64,000 nt of DNA from an uncultured Armatimonadetes bacterium (lineage in GTDB: Bacteria; Armatimonadota; UBA5829; DTJY01), in the NCBI GenBank assembly GCA_963717145.1, contig OY970325.1, forward strand, positions 224,001-288,000, written 5' to 3'. Below the pieces are notes generated by a model. It ran no database searches. It was not told where the DNA came from and was given only the letters and a program-made list of their open reading frames with translations. Position numbers and translations under genes: made by a program. Positions 29,403-39,484 of the stretch are shown one piece after another; the first letter of the stretch is position 1, and each line of letters opens with the position of its first letter.

Positions 29403-30723
29403 CACGATCCCTCTGAACCTGGAGCGCCACAGAGAGTCGGTCGCGCGGATGAACACGATGAAGCTCAACGGCAAGGTCTCGCAGGTCATCGGTGTGGTGA
29501 TCGAGTCGAGAGGCCCCGCGACGCATATGGGCGAAGTCTGCGAGATCCAGGTCAAGCGAAATCAGCCGCCGATCCTGGCCGAAGTCGTCGGTTTCCGGGA
29601 GAACCAGGTGCTCCTTATGCCGCTCGGTGACATGGACGAGATTGCGCTGGGCAGCGAGGTGGTCGCGCGCGGGACATCGCTCAAGGTGCGAGTGGGTGAC
29701 GGGCTGCTCGGGCGTGTGCTCGACGGTCTCGGAAGGCCGATCGACGGCCTCGGACCTCTCGATGCGCCCGGTGAGAGGCTGGTCAATCGAACCCCTCCGC
29801 CCGCCATGCAGCGGGAGCGCATCAAGGAGCCGCTGGCGTTCGGCATCCGGGCGGTTGACGGCATGCTGACCTGTGGTAAGGGTCAGCGCATAGGCATATT
29901 TTCAGGTAGCGGCGTCGGAAAAAGCACGCTCCTCGGTATGATCGCGCGGAATACCGAGGCTGATGTGAACGTGATCGCTCTAGTCGGGGAGCGTGGACGT
30001 GAGGTGCGCGACTTCATCGAGAAGGACCTCGGGCCGGAAGGGCTCGCGAGGTCCGTGGTCGTTGTGGCCACATCGGATCAGAATGCCCTGGTGCGTCTGA
30101 AGGGCGCGCTTGTGGCGACGACGATCGCGGAGTACTTCCGCGATCAGGGCAAGGACGTCATGCTGATGATGGACTCGGTCACCCGGGTCGCATGGGCTCA
30201 GCGCGAGATCGGTCTGGCCGTCGGTGAGCCGCCGACGACGAGGGGCTACACGCCGTCCGTGTTCGCACTCCTGCCGAAACTGCTGGAGCGGTCGGGCACT
30301 GCCGAGCGGGGATCGATAACCGGCCTCTACACGGTCCTGGTCGAGGGAGATGACATGAACGAACCGGTCGCGGACAGCGTCCGAAGCATCCTCGACGGGC
30401 ACGTGGTCCTGTCGAGGGACATTGCGAACAGGAATCACTACCCGGCGATCGACATCCTGGCGAGTGTGAGCCGGTTGATGCCGGACATCACGGCACGGGA
30501 GCACAAGGACATGGCCGGGCGGATCAGGGACCTGCTGGCGACATACCGGTCGGCGGAGGATCTGATCAACATCGGCGCGTACGTCGATGGGACGAATCCG
30601 AAGATCGACCACGCGAAGGCGAATATCGACCGGGTGAACGACTTTCTGAAGCAGGGTGTCGATGAGCCGGCACGCTTCGATGATGCGGTTACTCGGATGA
30701 ATGAGATTTGGAGTGCGGAGTGA
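29395..30723 (+). CDS. fliI: Flagellar export ATPase FliI
   Basis: GSGVGKS, GERGREV, MDSVTR. Confidence 0.96.
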   Translation: MASTIPLNLERHRESVARMNTMKLNGKVSQVIGVVIESRGPATHMGEVCEIQVKRNQPPILAEVVGFRENQVLLMPLGDMDEIALGSEVVARGTSLKVRVGDGLLGRVLDGLGRPIDGLGPLDAPGERLVNRTPPPAMQRERIKEPLAFGIRAVDGMLTCGKGQRIGIFSGSGVGKSTLLGMIARNTEADVNVIALVGERGREVRDFIEKDLGPEGLARSVVVVATSDQNALVRLKGALVATTIAEYFRDQGKDVMLMMDSVTRVAWAQREIGLAVGEPPTTRGYTPSVFALLPKLLERSGTAERGSITGLYTVLVEGDDMNEPVADSVRSILDGHVVLSRDIANRNHYPAIDILASVSRLMPDITAREHKDMAGRIRDLLATYRSAEDLINIGAYVDGTNPKIDHAKANIDRVNDFLKQGVDEPARFDDAVTRMNEIWSAE

Positions 30724-31163
30724 GGGCATTTCAGTTCAATCTGCAGCGGGTGTTGAGCTATCGGGAGACGGTCGAGGACGGTCTGATGGCCGAGTTGGCG
30801 GCGATCACCTCAGAGCACGAGCGCGAGGTCGCCCGGCTGGAGCGTATGAGGCGGACACGAGACTCGTTTCGGGTTAGCATGACGGAGAAGCTGGCGCAGG
30901 GCGACCCGGAGGTCATTCGCCGGGCACACGGGTACCTGACGGCGCTCTCGGAGACGGTTGCCGATCAGGAGGACGTGATGTACCGGATCGCCGCAAAGAA
31001 GACGCAGAAGACCGCCGAGGTCGTCGAAGCATCGAAGGACCGCCAGGTACTCGATAAGTTGAAGGAGATCAGGGCGACCGAGCACCGGCGCGAAATGCTT
31101 GGGGAGGAGCAGCAGTTCCTCGATGAGGTCGCCGGTGGACGTCACCAGGCGAATGGCATGTAG
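30720..31163 (+). CDS. fliJ: Flagellar export protein FliJ
   Basis: FQFNLQRVL N-terminus, EQQFLDE C-terminus. Confidence 0.85.
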   Translation: MRAFQFNLQRVLSYRETVEDGLMAELAAITSEHEREVARLERMRRTRDSFRVSMTEKLAQGDPEVIRRAHGYLTALSETVADQEDVMYRIAAKKTQKTAEVVEASKDRQVLDKLKEIRATEHRREMLGEEQQFLDEVAGGRHQANGM

Positions 31164-31259
31164 GGGCGAAACATTGGCCCATCGTACTGCATCGACCTGC
31201 CGGCAACAATCGCCAATGGTTCGCCCCGGAACGAGTACGAGTATGAGTAGGAGTAGGAT
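31160..31259. repeat. REP-D element with GAGTAN hexamer tail
   Basis: GTAGGGGCGAAACATTGG...CCAATGGTTCGCCCCGGAAC followed by GAGTACGAGTATGAGTAGGAGTAGGA. Confidence 0.75.
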
Positions 31260-31264
31260 TCACG

Positions 31265-31795
31265 ATGAATCTTGACCATATCGAAGCGGCGCAGAACCGA
31301 ATAGCGGAGATCCAGCAGCGGATCGCCGAGATCGAGGGCCGGATCGGAGTGCGAGCAACCGGCGCTTCGTTCGGACAGGTGCTCGCCCGCGTATCGAGTG
31401 GCAATGCGCCGATGTGCCCGGAGACTCTCGAGCCGCTGATCGCCGATGCCGCCGAGAAATATGGGATCGATCCCACGGTAATCAAGGCCGTCATCCGCAC
31501 GGAGTCGGGGTTCAGGGAGAACGCGGTCTCAGCAGCCGGAGCGCGCGGGTTGATGCAACTTATGCCCGGCACGGCGCGCTCGCTCGGCGTCAACCCGGAC
31601 GATCCGGCGCAGAACATCGAGGGCGGGGCGAAATACCTCAAGCAGCAGCTTGACCGTTTTGGAAGTCTCGAGTCGGCGCTCGCGGCGTACAACGCCGGTC
31701 CGGGGAACGTCAGCCGGTATGGAGGCATACCGCCGTTCGCCGAGACCAGGAACTACGTCGAGCGCGTGATGAGCAGTGTTTCCGAATACCAATAG
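31265..31795 (+). CDS. Lytic transglycosylase (SLT domain)
   Basis: AVIRTESGF, GLMQLMP, LAAYNAG, ETRNYV. Confidence 0.93.
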   Translation: MNLDHIEAAQNRIAEIQQRIAEIEGRIGVRATGASFGQVLARVSSGNAPMCPETLEPLIADAAEKYGIDPTVIKAVIRTESGFRENAVSAAGARGLMQLMPGTARSLGVNPDDPAQNIEGGAKYLKQQLDRFGSLESALAAYNAGPGNVSRYGGIPPFAETRNYVERVMSSVSEYQ

Positions 31796-31814
31796 GAAAG
31801 GAGGTGAAGCAAAT

Positions 31815-33235
31815 ATGGTAAGTGCAGCAAACCTGCTGCTCGGTGCGATCGTTCCCTCGGAGCAGACACAGAGTCCCGGAGGAGCGCAAGCCGGGCAGGA
31901 GCAGGATCCGTCGAGTTCGCCGTTTCTTGCGATCGTGCAGGCCCTCATAGGGCCACTGGAACCGGTGGAAGCGGATCCCGTGCGGGCTGGACAGCAGGCA
32001 GTCGAGGACGAGCAGACCTCTGACGGCGATGAGCCGACAAAGGATGCGACGGTCCAGGGCTGTCTGCTGGGTCCGTGCAGAGCGCTTGCAGTGAAGTGCA
32101 AGCTCTGCCAAGCCAGGCGGTGACGGACGCCCCTGTTGCCAAAGAGGCGATCCCTGTCGCTGTTGAGAGGGGCACGACCGAGGTCGGGCCGAATCCTGCG
32201 CAGCCGATTGCGGTGGAACCACCCGCCAAGGCCGCGCCGACCGACGGTTCGTTGCCGGTCGAGGGCGAGCAGTCTGAAGCGCCTCTCGTGGAAGCCGCAG
32301 CGGGGACCGATCCACAGGTCAAGGCCAACGAGTTGCCTGTTGTGCATGGCAAGACGGCGCAAGTCAGCGTCGAAGTGCCCGAGCAGGCATCGCAGGCAAT
32401 CAAGCCCGCTGTCGAACAGCCTGAGCCCGAGTCGTCACTGCCCGGTCCGCAGGCCGATCAGCCTGAGGAGCGATACGTGCCCCGAGAGGTCACCGCCCGT
32501 GGTCACGCAGAGAGCTCGGAACTGCCCGAGTACCTGAGGCGCATCGTCGCCCAGGATAACAACCGGTCTGTGAGCCGGTTCATCCCCGATCAGACGGCTC
32601 AGAGTATCGGGCCGACTCTCGACATCGATCCTGAGTTGGCGGCGATGCCGGTCGAAGGCCCGGAGCAGCGCGAGATCAGCTCATCCCTGCCCGAGGCAGA
32701 GAGCCGCATCCAGTGGATGCCGATCGAGGCTCGTCCGATGGCCGTGAACGCCGGGGATCCCGTCGAAGTCATGACGCCGAGCCGGCCGATCGATCAGGTG
32801 GATCGGACCAACGTCATTCACCAGATCGTTCGAACCGCGAAGGTCCACATCTTCGACGGTGGCGGCGAGATGGTCATGCGGCTGGAGCCGGCACACCTCG
32901 GCTCGATCCGGATGAGCGTGACGGTGGATCACGGAGTCGTCGCGGCGAACCTGCGCGTCGGGTCCGAATCGGTCAGGCAGGCGCTCGAGTCCGGGATCGT
33001 GACTCTTCGTCAGTCGCTGGCCGATTCCGGCATCCACGTGGACTCGATCTCGGTCTCCGTGGGAGATAGCCTGAATCACGGCTGGAACTTGCATGCCGGG
33101 AGCCAGAACGACTCTCAGCAGGCCGACGGCCGTCAAAATGGCTATCCGACTGCTCGACTGTCCCGTGATGACGCGGTCCTGATGGATCAGCCGAGTCCGG
33201 CACACATCAGCGCCGGGTTCAACTACCTGGCGTAG
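31815..33235 (+). pseudogene. fliK: Hook-length control protein FliK, frameshifted near 32057 (possibly a sequencing error)
   Basis: Strong RBS AAAGGAGGTG and ATG 31815; C-terminal domain LEPAHLG..LRQSLADSG lies in another frame; adding one base restores the frame. Confidence 0.7.
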
Positions 33236-33238
33236 GAG

Positions 33239-33667
33239 GTGAATCGAATGATCACTGAAGCGAGTTCGGCGACCGGGGTTAGCGTCGCCGGCACTCAGTT
33301 AGCACAGACTAACCAGATGGGCCAGGATACGTTCCTCAAGCTGCTGGTAACGCAGTTGAGGAACCAGGATCCTCTAAAGCCCATGGAAGACAAGGAGTTC
33401 ATCGCTCAGATGGCTCAGTTCTCGAGCCTCGAGCAGATGCAGAACATGAACAAGAACCTGCAGGCCTTCACCCAGGGCTTCCTGGACAGCGAATCCGGAT
33501 ATCGGGCCGTGAGCCTGATCGGGCGCACGATAACGGCCATCGATCCGGGCGACGCCGACAAGTCCGTCCAGGGTAAGGTCGAATACGTGCGGTTCGATGG
33601 TGGAATCGCGCTTCTGCGGGTCGGCGACAAGGACATCCCTGTTGCCAATGTCATGAAAGTCGAGTAG
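33239..33667 (+). CDS. flgD: Hook capping protein FlgD
   Basis: FLKLLVTQLRNQDPLKP, AQFSSLEQ. Confidence 0.95.
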   Translation: MNRMITEASSATGVSVAGTQLAQTNQMGQDTFLKLLVTQLRNQDPLKPMEDKEFIAQMAQFSSLEQMQNMNKNLQAFTQGFLDSESGYRAVSLIGRTITAIDPGDADKSVQGKVEYVRFDGGIALLRVGDKDIPVANVMKVE

Positions 33668-33673
33668 AGCGAT

Positions 33674-34054
33674 ATGGCGCCACGGATCAACCCGACAATC
33701 CAGGTACAGCGTCCATCGGCTGAGCAGGCGATTCGGCCTCGACCGGTAGGGAAACAGGGCAGTTTTGCTGCGACCCTGGCGAAAGAGAACGAGCGCCTAG
33801 ACTCGCTGAAGATCTCAGCGCACGCCGAGAAGCGGCTGAACTCGTCGAACATCCGGCTCTCGGAGTCCGACGTCCGACGGATCGACGGTGCAGTTCAGCG
33901 CGCCGGTGAGAAGGGGTCGAACCAGTCGCTCATCATGCTCGACAACCTGGCGCTGGTAGTGAGCGTCAAGAACCGCGTCGTCATCACAGCGGTTGATGAT
34001 GCTCGTACCCGCGAAGGGGTCTTCACCAACATCGATAGCGTCGTGATCGCATAG
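33674..34054 (+). CDS. Putative flagellar operon protein (TIGR02530-like)
   Basis: ISAHAEKRL, VVSVKNRVVITA, VFTNIDS; between flgD and flgE. Confidence 0.85.
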   Translation: MAPRINPTIQVQRPSAEQAIRPRPVGKQGSFAATLAKENERLDSLKISAHAEKRLNSSNIRLSESDVRRIDGAVQRAGEKGSNQSLIMLDNLALVVSVKNRVVITAVDDARTREGVFTNIDSVVIA

Positions 34055-34128
34055 TTCTCAGTCCTCAGTTTTCAGTTGTCAGTGGGCAGATCAATCACTG
34101 ATAACTGACCACTGATAGCTGATAACTA
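34055..34128. repeat. Heptamer inverted repeat tract (CAGT.. / ACTGATA)
   Basis: ttctcag tcctcag ttttcag ttgtcag ... actgata actgacc actgata gctgata. Confidence 0.7.
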
Positions 34129-34135
34129 CTTTCCC

Positions 34136-34187
34136 GGGCTGGACCTCATCTGAGGAAGCCCAGTGCCGATCGTTACCCGATCGGCAC
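34136..34187 (+). promoter_or_regulatory. Two-hairpin structured leader upstream of flgE
   Basis: GGGCT-GGA-CCTC..GAGG-A-AGCCC, then GTGCCGATCG/CGATCGGCAC. Confidence 0.5.
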
Positions 34188-34217
34188 AAAACAGAAGAAT
34201 CAGGAGGTCAATCAGAG

Positions 34218-35465
34218 ATGATTCAAGCTATGTACAACGGCGTCTCAGGCCTGAGGGCTCATAAGACGCAGATGGATGTAATCAGTAACAACATCGCCAA
34301 CGTCAATACCGTTGGCTTCAAGAGCAGCAGGGTGAACTTCCGTGAGATGTTCAACCAGACCCTTCGAGGCGCATCGGCCCCGAAGGATTCCGGGCTCGGC
34401 GGAACTAACCCCGCGCAGATCGGCCTCGGCGCAAGCATCGGCAGCATCGACGTGAGCCAGAGTCAGGGCTCATTGCAGCCCACAGGTAAGAACACCGACA
34501 TGGCCATCGAGGGCAACGGCTTCTTCATCCTCGGTGACGGCCAGGCGAAGTTCTACAGCCGTGACGGATCGTTTACACTCGATTCGGCGGGCAACCTGGT
34601 CTCCGCCGGCACAGGCCTGAAGGTGCTCGGATGGATGGCAGATGCCGTCGGCGACGTGCATTCGACAGCACCGGTAACGCCTTCATCGGCCATCAGTCTG
34701 CCGATAGGGCAGATGTCCATCGCAAAGCAGACGTCGATGCTTACTCTCGGAGGGAACCTCGATTCCAGCATGGCAGTAGGCTCCTCGAAGAGCGTCACGG
34801 CGGAGATCTATGACTCCCTCGGCAAAGCTCATACGTTGGCGATCGAGTTCACCAAGGAGGCCGCCGATGGCGAGTGGAGCTGGGAGGCAACCTCTCCCGA
34901 TGCGGCGGTCGGCGTTCCTGTCGGCAGCGGCCTGATAAACTTCGACTCTTCAGGCGGGTGCGTAACAGGCTTGGATTGGGTAGCGCTCACTCTCGCGAGC
35001 CCTAATGGCGCGGTCAATCCGCTGGGTGCGCAACTCGACTTCCACTCGGTCACACAGCTATCGGGCTACACGACGGTCAGCCCGACGCACCAGAACGGAC
35101 TGCCGCTCGGGATGCTCGACAGCTTCACAGTGGGCAAGGACGGCATCGTCTCCGGCGTGTTTACTAACGGAATGAGCCAGACCATCGGCCAGATCGCGCT
35201 GGCTCAGTTCAGCAACCCGGCCGGTATGAGCAAGGTAGGTAACAACCTGCTCAACGAGTCCGGCAACTCCGGACTGCCGCAGATCGGCGAGCCGTCGCTC
35301 GGCAGCATGGGGAAGGTCGTCGCGGGATTCCTCGAATCCTCGAACGTCGACCTGCCGACGGAGTTTGCGAACATGATAGTGTCGCAGCGCGGTTTCCAGG
35401 CGAACTCGCGCATCATTACAACAGCCGACGAGATCCTGCAGGAACTCGTCCAGTTGAAGCGCTAG
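34218..35465 (+). CDS. flgE: Flagellar hook protein FlgE
   Basis: NNIANVNTVGFK, GNGFF, LESSNVDL, QRGFQAN. Confidence 0.93.
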   Translation: MIQAMYNGVSGLRAHKTQMDVISNNIANVNTVGFKSSRVNFREMFNQTLRGASAPKDSGLGGTNPAQIGLGASIGSIDVSQSQGSLQPTGKNTDMAIEGNGFFILGDGQAKFYSRDGSFTLDSAGNLVSAGTGLKVLGWMADAVGDVHSTAPVTPSSAISLPIGQMSIAKQTSMLTLGGNLDSSMAVGSSKSVTAEIYDSLGKAHTLAIEFTKEAADGEWSWEATSPDAAVGVPVGSGLINFDSSGGCVTGLDWVALTLASPNGAVNPLGAQLDFHSVTQLSGYTTVSPTHQNGLPLGMLDSFTVGKDGIVSGVFTNGMSQTIGQIALAQFSNPAGMSKVGNNLLNESGNSGLPQIGEPSLGSMGKVVAGFLESSNVDLPTEFANMIVSQRGFQANSRIITTADEILQELVQLKR

Positions 35466-35481
35466 GAAGCAGATGGTTAAT

Positions 35482-36553
35482 TGTCAAGTCCCACCACGTT
35501 GTGAACGGTAGTTCAGTAAGTCGGTAGGCTCTTTGATAAACAGATCTGGTCTTTGCGCGTACCAATCGCAGACCTTCTCATAGGGTGTCTTGCCACCGAT
35601 CGCGCTGTGCTGTCTCCTTAGATTGTAGATGGTCAGCCACTGGTGGAGTCCATCTATCAACTCCGGATATCCAGGATATCTGTGCATCTTGTACGTGCCC
35701 TCCTGGATCAGTCCGTTCATGCGTTCCACCAGACCGTTGGTCTTTGGTGTATACGGCCGGGTGAGCCTGTGTTCAATACCACAGGCTGAGCATACTTCAT
35801 CAAAGAAGTGAGGTCTCTTCGCCGGACTGCCCCAACGGCTCCAATTGGCCAGAGTGAACTCTCTACCGTTGTCTGTCAGGATCTTGTGGATCATGAACGG
35901 ATAGAACCACATGCACAGTCCAAGGAAGCCCACTGCGGATTCCTTGGTTAGGTTGTCGTACACCTGGAGGAAGGCTAGCCTTGTTGCTCTGTCTACCGCA
36001 ACGAAGCAATACTTCCTCTTGCCCCCGATCTTGGGCAGGTAGAAACAGTCTATGTGAAGGTATCCAGGCAGATACTCTTTGAACTTGCCTGGACTTTCTC
36101 TCTTTTCTTTTTGGTACTGGGGGAGTCTGCTCACCCCTTTTCTGCTCAGTAAGCGATGTATACTGGCGCGTTCTGCATTCGGCAGAACTGTGACTACTGC
36201 ACGCACCAGTGCATCGAGTGCTAGACCTTTGTCCCGGAGCGAGAGGATGATCTCCTCCTCTTCGGGGCTGAATGCATAATGGATCTTCCTGGGCCGACTG
36301 CTGCGGTCTTGCTGGTCACCCCGGGCCTTCCATTTGCAGACTGTTGCCGGCGATACATGGCAGATATCTGCGAGCTTTCTGCAGCTCTTGGGACTCTGCC
36401 TGAAAAACCGCCGTTGCTTCATATTGCTGGTTGCGTTAGAATGGATCTGCATGCGAGTGGTCTCCTTTTTTGGTTTGGCGATCATCAAAGAGACTACCGC
36501 ATGCACCTCCTTCTTTTCAACCCACGGTGTTCATAATGTCATGAGACTGGACA
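35482..36553 (-). mobile_element. IS481-family insertion sequence, 1072 bp
   Basis: TGT...ACA ends, 25-bp imperfect terminal inverted repeats (19/25), 6-bp target duplication GTTAAT (35476-35481, 36554-36559), lower GC. Confidence 0.92.
35484..36452 (-). CDS. IS481-family DDE transposase
   Basis: IHSNA, DRSSRP, PGYLHID, TDNGREF, PKTNGLVERMN. Confidence 0.92.
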   Translation of the reverse strand: MQIHSNATSNMKQRRFFRQSPKSCRKLADICHVSPATVCKWKARGDQQDRSSRPRKIHYAFSPEEEEIILSLRDKGLALDALVRAVVTVLPNAERASIHRLLSRKGVSRLPQYQKEKRESPGKFKEYLPGYLHIDCFYLPKIGGKRKYCFVAVDRATRLAFLQVYDNLTKESAVGFLGLCMWFYPFMIHKILTDNGREFTLANWSRWGSPAKRPHFFDEVCSACGIEHRLTRPYTPKTNGLVERMNGLIQEGTYKMHRYPGYPELIDGLHQWLTIYNLRRQHSAIGGKTPYEKVCDWYAQRPDLFIKEPTDLLNYRSQRGGT

Positions 36554-36634
36554 GTTAATGGTTGATGGTTGATGGTGAATGGCGGAGAGCATGCCGCTCC
36601 GCCATAAACCATCAACCATCTCCCATGAACCATT
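36554..36634. repeat. TGATGGT heptamer palindromic element interrupted by IS481
   Basis: GTTAATGGTTGATGGTTGATGG...ACCATCAACCATC; sister copy at 49756-49850. Confidence 0.8.
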
Positions 36635-36653
36635 CCTCAGGAGGCAGGATAGT

Positions 36654-36842
36654 ATGATAAAGCTGCAGTTGATCAACGGAGATGAGATCGTGCTGAACTC
36701 CGATCTCATAGAGTTTATGGAACAGACGCCTGACACGATCATATCACTCTCGAACGGCAAGAAGATGATCGTCAAGGAGTCCGTTCCCGAGGTTGTGGAG
36801 AGAGTCGTCGAGTTCCGCCGACAGATCGGCATCGGAAGGTAA
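36654..36842 (+). CDS. flbD: Flagellar protein FlbD/SwrD
   Basis: MIKLQLING..LNSDLIE..TPDTIISLSNG. Confidence 0.88.
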   Translation: MIKLQLINGDEIVLNSDLIEFMEQTPDTIISLSNGKKMIVKESVPEVVERVVEFRRQIGIGR

Positions 36843-36850
36843 TCGAGATC

Positions 36851-37635
36851 ATGGATCTTGCAACAATAATCGGCTTGCTCGTCGCCTGGGGTGCGATCAT
36901 GATCGCCCTGATGATGGACGGAGGTCACATCAAGGACCTGCTGATCCCATCCGCATTCGTGATTGTGGTCGGGGGAACCTGGGCGCCACGATAGTGTCAT
37001 TCCCGCTTCGGCAACTCCGGGGGCTTCCGGCGATCATCCGGAATGCGTTCCTCAGCACTGAGACGGACCTGAGGGACATCATCGACCTGCTGGTCGATTT
37101 CGCACGTGTCGCCAGGAAGCAGGGAATCCTCGAACTCGAGGCGGCCGCATCGGGAATAGATAACAAGTTCCTGCGAACGGGAGTCCAGCTCGTCGTCGAC
37201 GGTGTACCTTCGGAGATGGTGCGTGAGATCCTCGAAACCGAGATTGTCTCCCTGCAGGAGCGGCACAAGATCGGTGAGAGCATTTTCTCCACGATGGGGG
37301 GTTTTGCCCCAACTCTGGGGATTATCGGAACAGTCATGGGTCTGATCCACATGCTCGCTAGCCTCGATCAACCGGGCAGGATGGGGCCCGCGATCGCGTC
37401 TGCGTTCGTCGCGACCCTGTACGGCGTGGCGCTGGCGAATCTGGTCTTCCTGCCGATCAGCTCGAAGCTCAAGTCACGAACTGCGGAGGAGATCATCGCC
37501 TACGACATGATGGTCGAGGGCGTCCTCTCGATCCAGGCCGGCGACAGCCCCAGGATGGTGGAAGCCAAAATGCTGGCGTTCCTTCCTCCCAAGCTGCGCC
37601 AGACGTTCGACTATCAGGCGGTTGTCAAGGGGTAA
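36851..37635 (+). pseudogene. motA: Stator protein MotA, frameshifted near 36978 (possibly a sequencing error)
   Basis: MDLATIIG..VVGGT then ACC TG (one C short of ACC CTG GGC GCC); downstream frame has APTLGIIGTVMGLI and ATLYG. Confidence 0.85.
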
Positions 37636-37639
37636 CATT

Positions 37640-38386
37640 GTGCGTCGCCGGAGAACAACCGATCAGGAAACGGAAGGACGGCCCCAGGATGGAGGAGGAT
37701 CGTACCGCTGGCTGTTGACGTATGCGGATATGATCACCCTTCTGATGGCCTTCTTCATTCTCATGTACTCGATGTCGGTGCTCAATCTGAGCCGGTTCCA
37801 GGAGGTCGCCATCTCCATCAAGAGCGGGTTCGGCGGCATCATGGATGGTCGCGGCCAGTCGGTACTGGCGGACAGTGGCCGTCTCGGCAAGAACCTGGTC
37901 GCGGCGGGGGACCCGGAAGTGCCATGGCAGGTGGTGGCGAAGATACAGGAATTCGTGCAGGAAGAGCACCTCGAGAAGGCGGTCAAGATGCGGATGGACG
38001 AGCGTGGACTGATCGTCAGCCTGGTGACAGACAAGGTGATCTTCAAGCGCGGTGAGGCCGATCTCTCGCCCGCAACGATCAGGATCATCGATCGAATAGC
38101 CGATACTCTCAGGAGTGTGCCAAACAACATCCAGGTCGAGGGCCACACGTGCGATCTGCCGATCGCATCTCGCTACCCGTCGAACTGGGAGCTTTCGACC
38201 GCCCGCGCATCGACCGTCGTGCGGTACATGATCGAAGAGAAGAAGATCCCTCCGGAGCGGCTGTCGGCCTCCGGATATGCGGACAGCAAGCCGCTCGTTA
38301 CCAACACGAGCGAGAACAACCGCGCCATCAATCGGCGTGTAGATATCGTTGTGCTGAAGACCGAGCAATCAAAGAGCGAGAGGTGA
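37640..38386 (+). CDS. motB: Stator protein MotB (start could be 37622)
   Basis: WLLTYADMITLLMAFF, VEGHT, NWELSTARA, NRRV. Confidence 0.95.
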   Translation: MRRRRTTDQETEGRPQDGGGSYRWLLTYADMITLLMAFFILMYSMSVLNLSRFQEVAISIKSGFGGIMDGRGQSVLADSGRLGKNLVAAGDPEVPWQVVAKIQEFVQEEHLEKAVKMRMDERGLIVSLVTDKVIFKRGEADLSPATIRIIDRIADTLRSVPNNIQVEGHTCDLPIASRYPSNWELSTARASTVVRYMIEEKKIPPERLSASGYADSKPLVTNTSENNRAINRRVDIVVLKTEQSKSER

Positions 38387-38391
38387 TTCAT

Positions 38392-38859
38392 ATGAGAATC
38401 TTGCGCGATACATCCGGCAGACTGCCGATCGTGATCATCATCGTGGCCGTGCTTGTCCTGGCACTGGGGGCGGGCGCATTTGCCTTCCTGAAGATGTCCC
38501 ACAAGGGCAAGTCGCCCGAGAAGAAGGAGCACGTCAAGACGGCGCAATGGGAACTGGGCGAGTTCCTCGTCAACCTGGCCGATCCGGGCGATCCCCGGTA
38601 CCTCAAGGTCAACCTGGTCGTCGAGATCGAGGACGGCGGCAAGAAGAAGGCCGGCGGACACGGCGAGGGTGCGGGGGATCCTGAGGAAGCCAAGGCCAAA
38701 GATGCCGTCATCTGCGCGTTGTCCAAGCACCGGATGAACGATCTGCTGACCGACCAGGGCAAGGACCTGCTTAAGTCCGAACTGAAATCCGCACTTACGG
38801 AAGCGCTGGAAGAGACCAAGGTCGTCAGCGTCTACTTCACCTCCTTCGCGATGCAATAA
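38392..38859 (+). CDS. fliL: Flagellar protein FliL
   Basis: TM helix, EFLVNLAD, VYFTSFAMQ. Confidence 0.9.
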   Translation: MRILRDTSGRLPIVIIIVAVLVLALGAGAFAFLKMSHKGKSPEKKEHVKTAQWELGEFLVNLADPGDPRYLKVNLVVEIEDGGKKKAGGHGEGAGDPEEAKAKDAVICALSKHRMNDLLTDQGKDLLKSELKSALTEALEETKVVSVYFTSFAMQ

Positions 38860-38868
38860 TCCCCGGAG

Positions 38869-38969
38869 ACCCTCACCCCCGACCCCTCTCCCTCAGAAGG
38901 GCGAGGGGAGTGGTTCTCCGGACTTGTCTCCCCTCGCCCTTCTGAGGGAGAGGGGTCGGGGGTGAGGGT
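38869..38969. repeat. Family J palindrome (42-bp perfect arms)
   Basis: ACCCTCACCCCCGACCCCTCTCCCTCAGAAGGGCGAGGGGAG and its reverse complement. Confidence 0.9.
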
Positions 38970-38978
38970 GTCCGGGCT

Positions 38979-38994
38979 TGGCACGGGAATTGCT
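38979..38994 (+). promoter_or_regulatory. sigma54 promoter of the fliN operon
   Basis: TGGCACGGGAATTGCT. Confidence 0.88.
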
Positions 38995-39031
38995 GCAGTG
39001 ATCTCAGTACTCTGTAGAGGAGATCACGAAC

Positions 39032-39478
39032 ATGAGCAAGAATGAACCCGTTAGCCAGATCGAAGAGCAGATCGAGGCGGTCGCAGACCAGCTGGTCGAG
39101 ACACCTGCAGCCGAGCCCGAGGTCGAACTGCAGGTCGTAAACGGCGAGCAGAGGAGCGGAAGCTCCGTGCAGACCGCGCGTTTCGCTCCTGTACCGAACT
39201 TCCAGTCATCCACGGAGCAGGGATCGATCGACCTATTGTTCGATGTCCAGCTCCACCTCAGCGTCGAACTTGGGCGTACCTCAATCCCCGTCCGGGAGAT
39301 CCTGCAACTTGGACCCGGCTCGATAGTCGAGCTGGACAAGCTGGCGGGTGAGCCGGTCGATATCCTGGTCAACGGCAAGCTGATCGCCCGTGGTGAGGTC
39401 GTCGTGGTCGACGAGAACTTCGGCGTTCGAGTTACCGAAGTCGCAAGCCACACAGATGCGCTCAGCCAGGCGGCGTAG
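39032..39478 (+). CDS. fliN: Flagellar switch protein FliN
   Basis: [36 protein letters not shown]. Confidence 0.95.
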   Translation: MSKNEPVSQIEEQIEAVADQLVETPAAEPEVELQVVNGEQRSGSSVQTARFAPVPNFQSSTEQGSIDLLFDVQLHLSVELGRTSIPVREILQLGPGSIVELDKLAGEPVDILVNGKLIARGEVVVVDENFGVRVTEVASHTDALSQAA

Positions 39479-39484
39479 CAGGGG

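Noticed and set aside
34136-34187. c-di-GMP riboswitch
   Set aside because: It lacks the class I GCAAA and GNRA/receptor signatures, and I cannot identify the class II pseudoknot. Kept only as an unassigned structured leader.
36971-36994. Programmed ribosomal frameshift in motA
   Set aside because: No canonical slippery heptamer or stimulatory structure. One missing C in a short run explains it.
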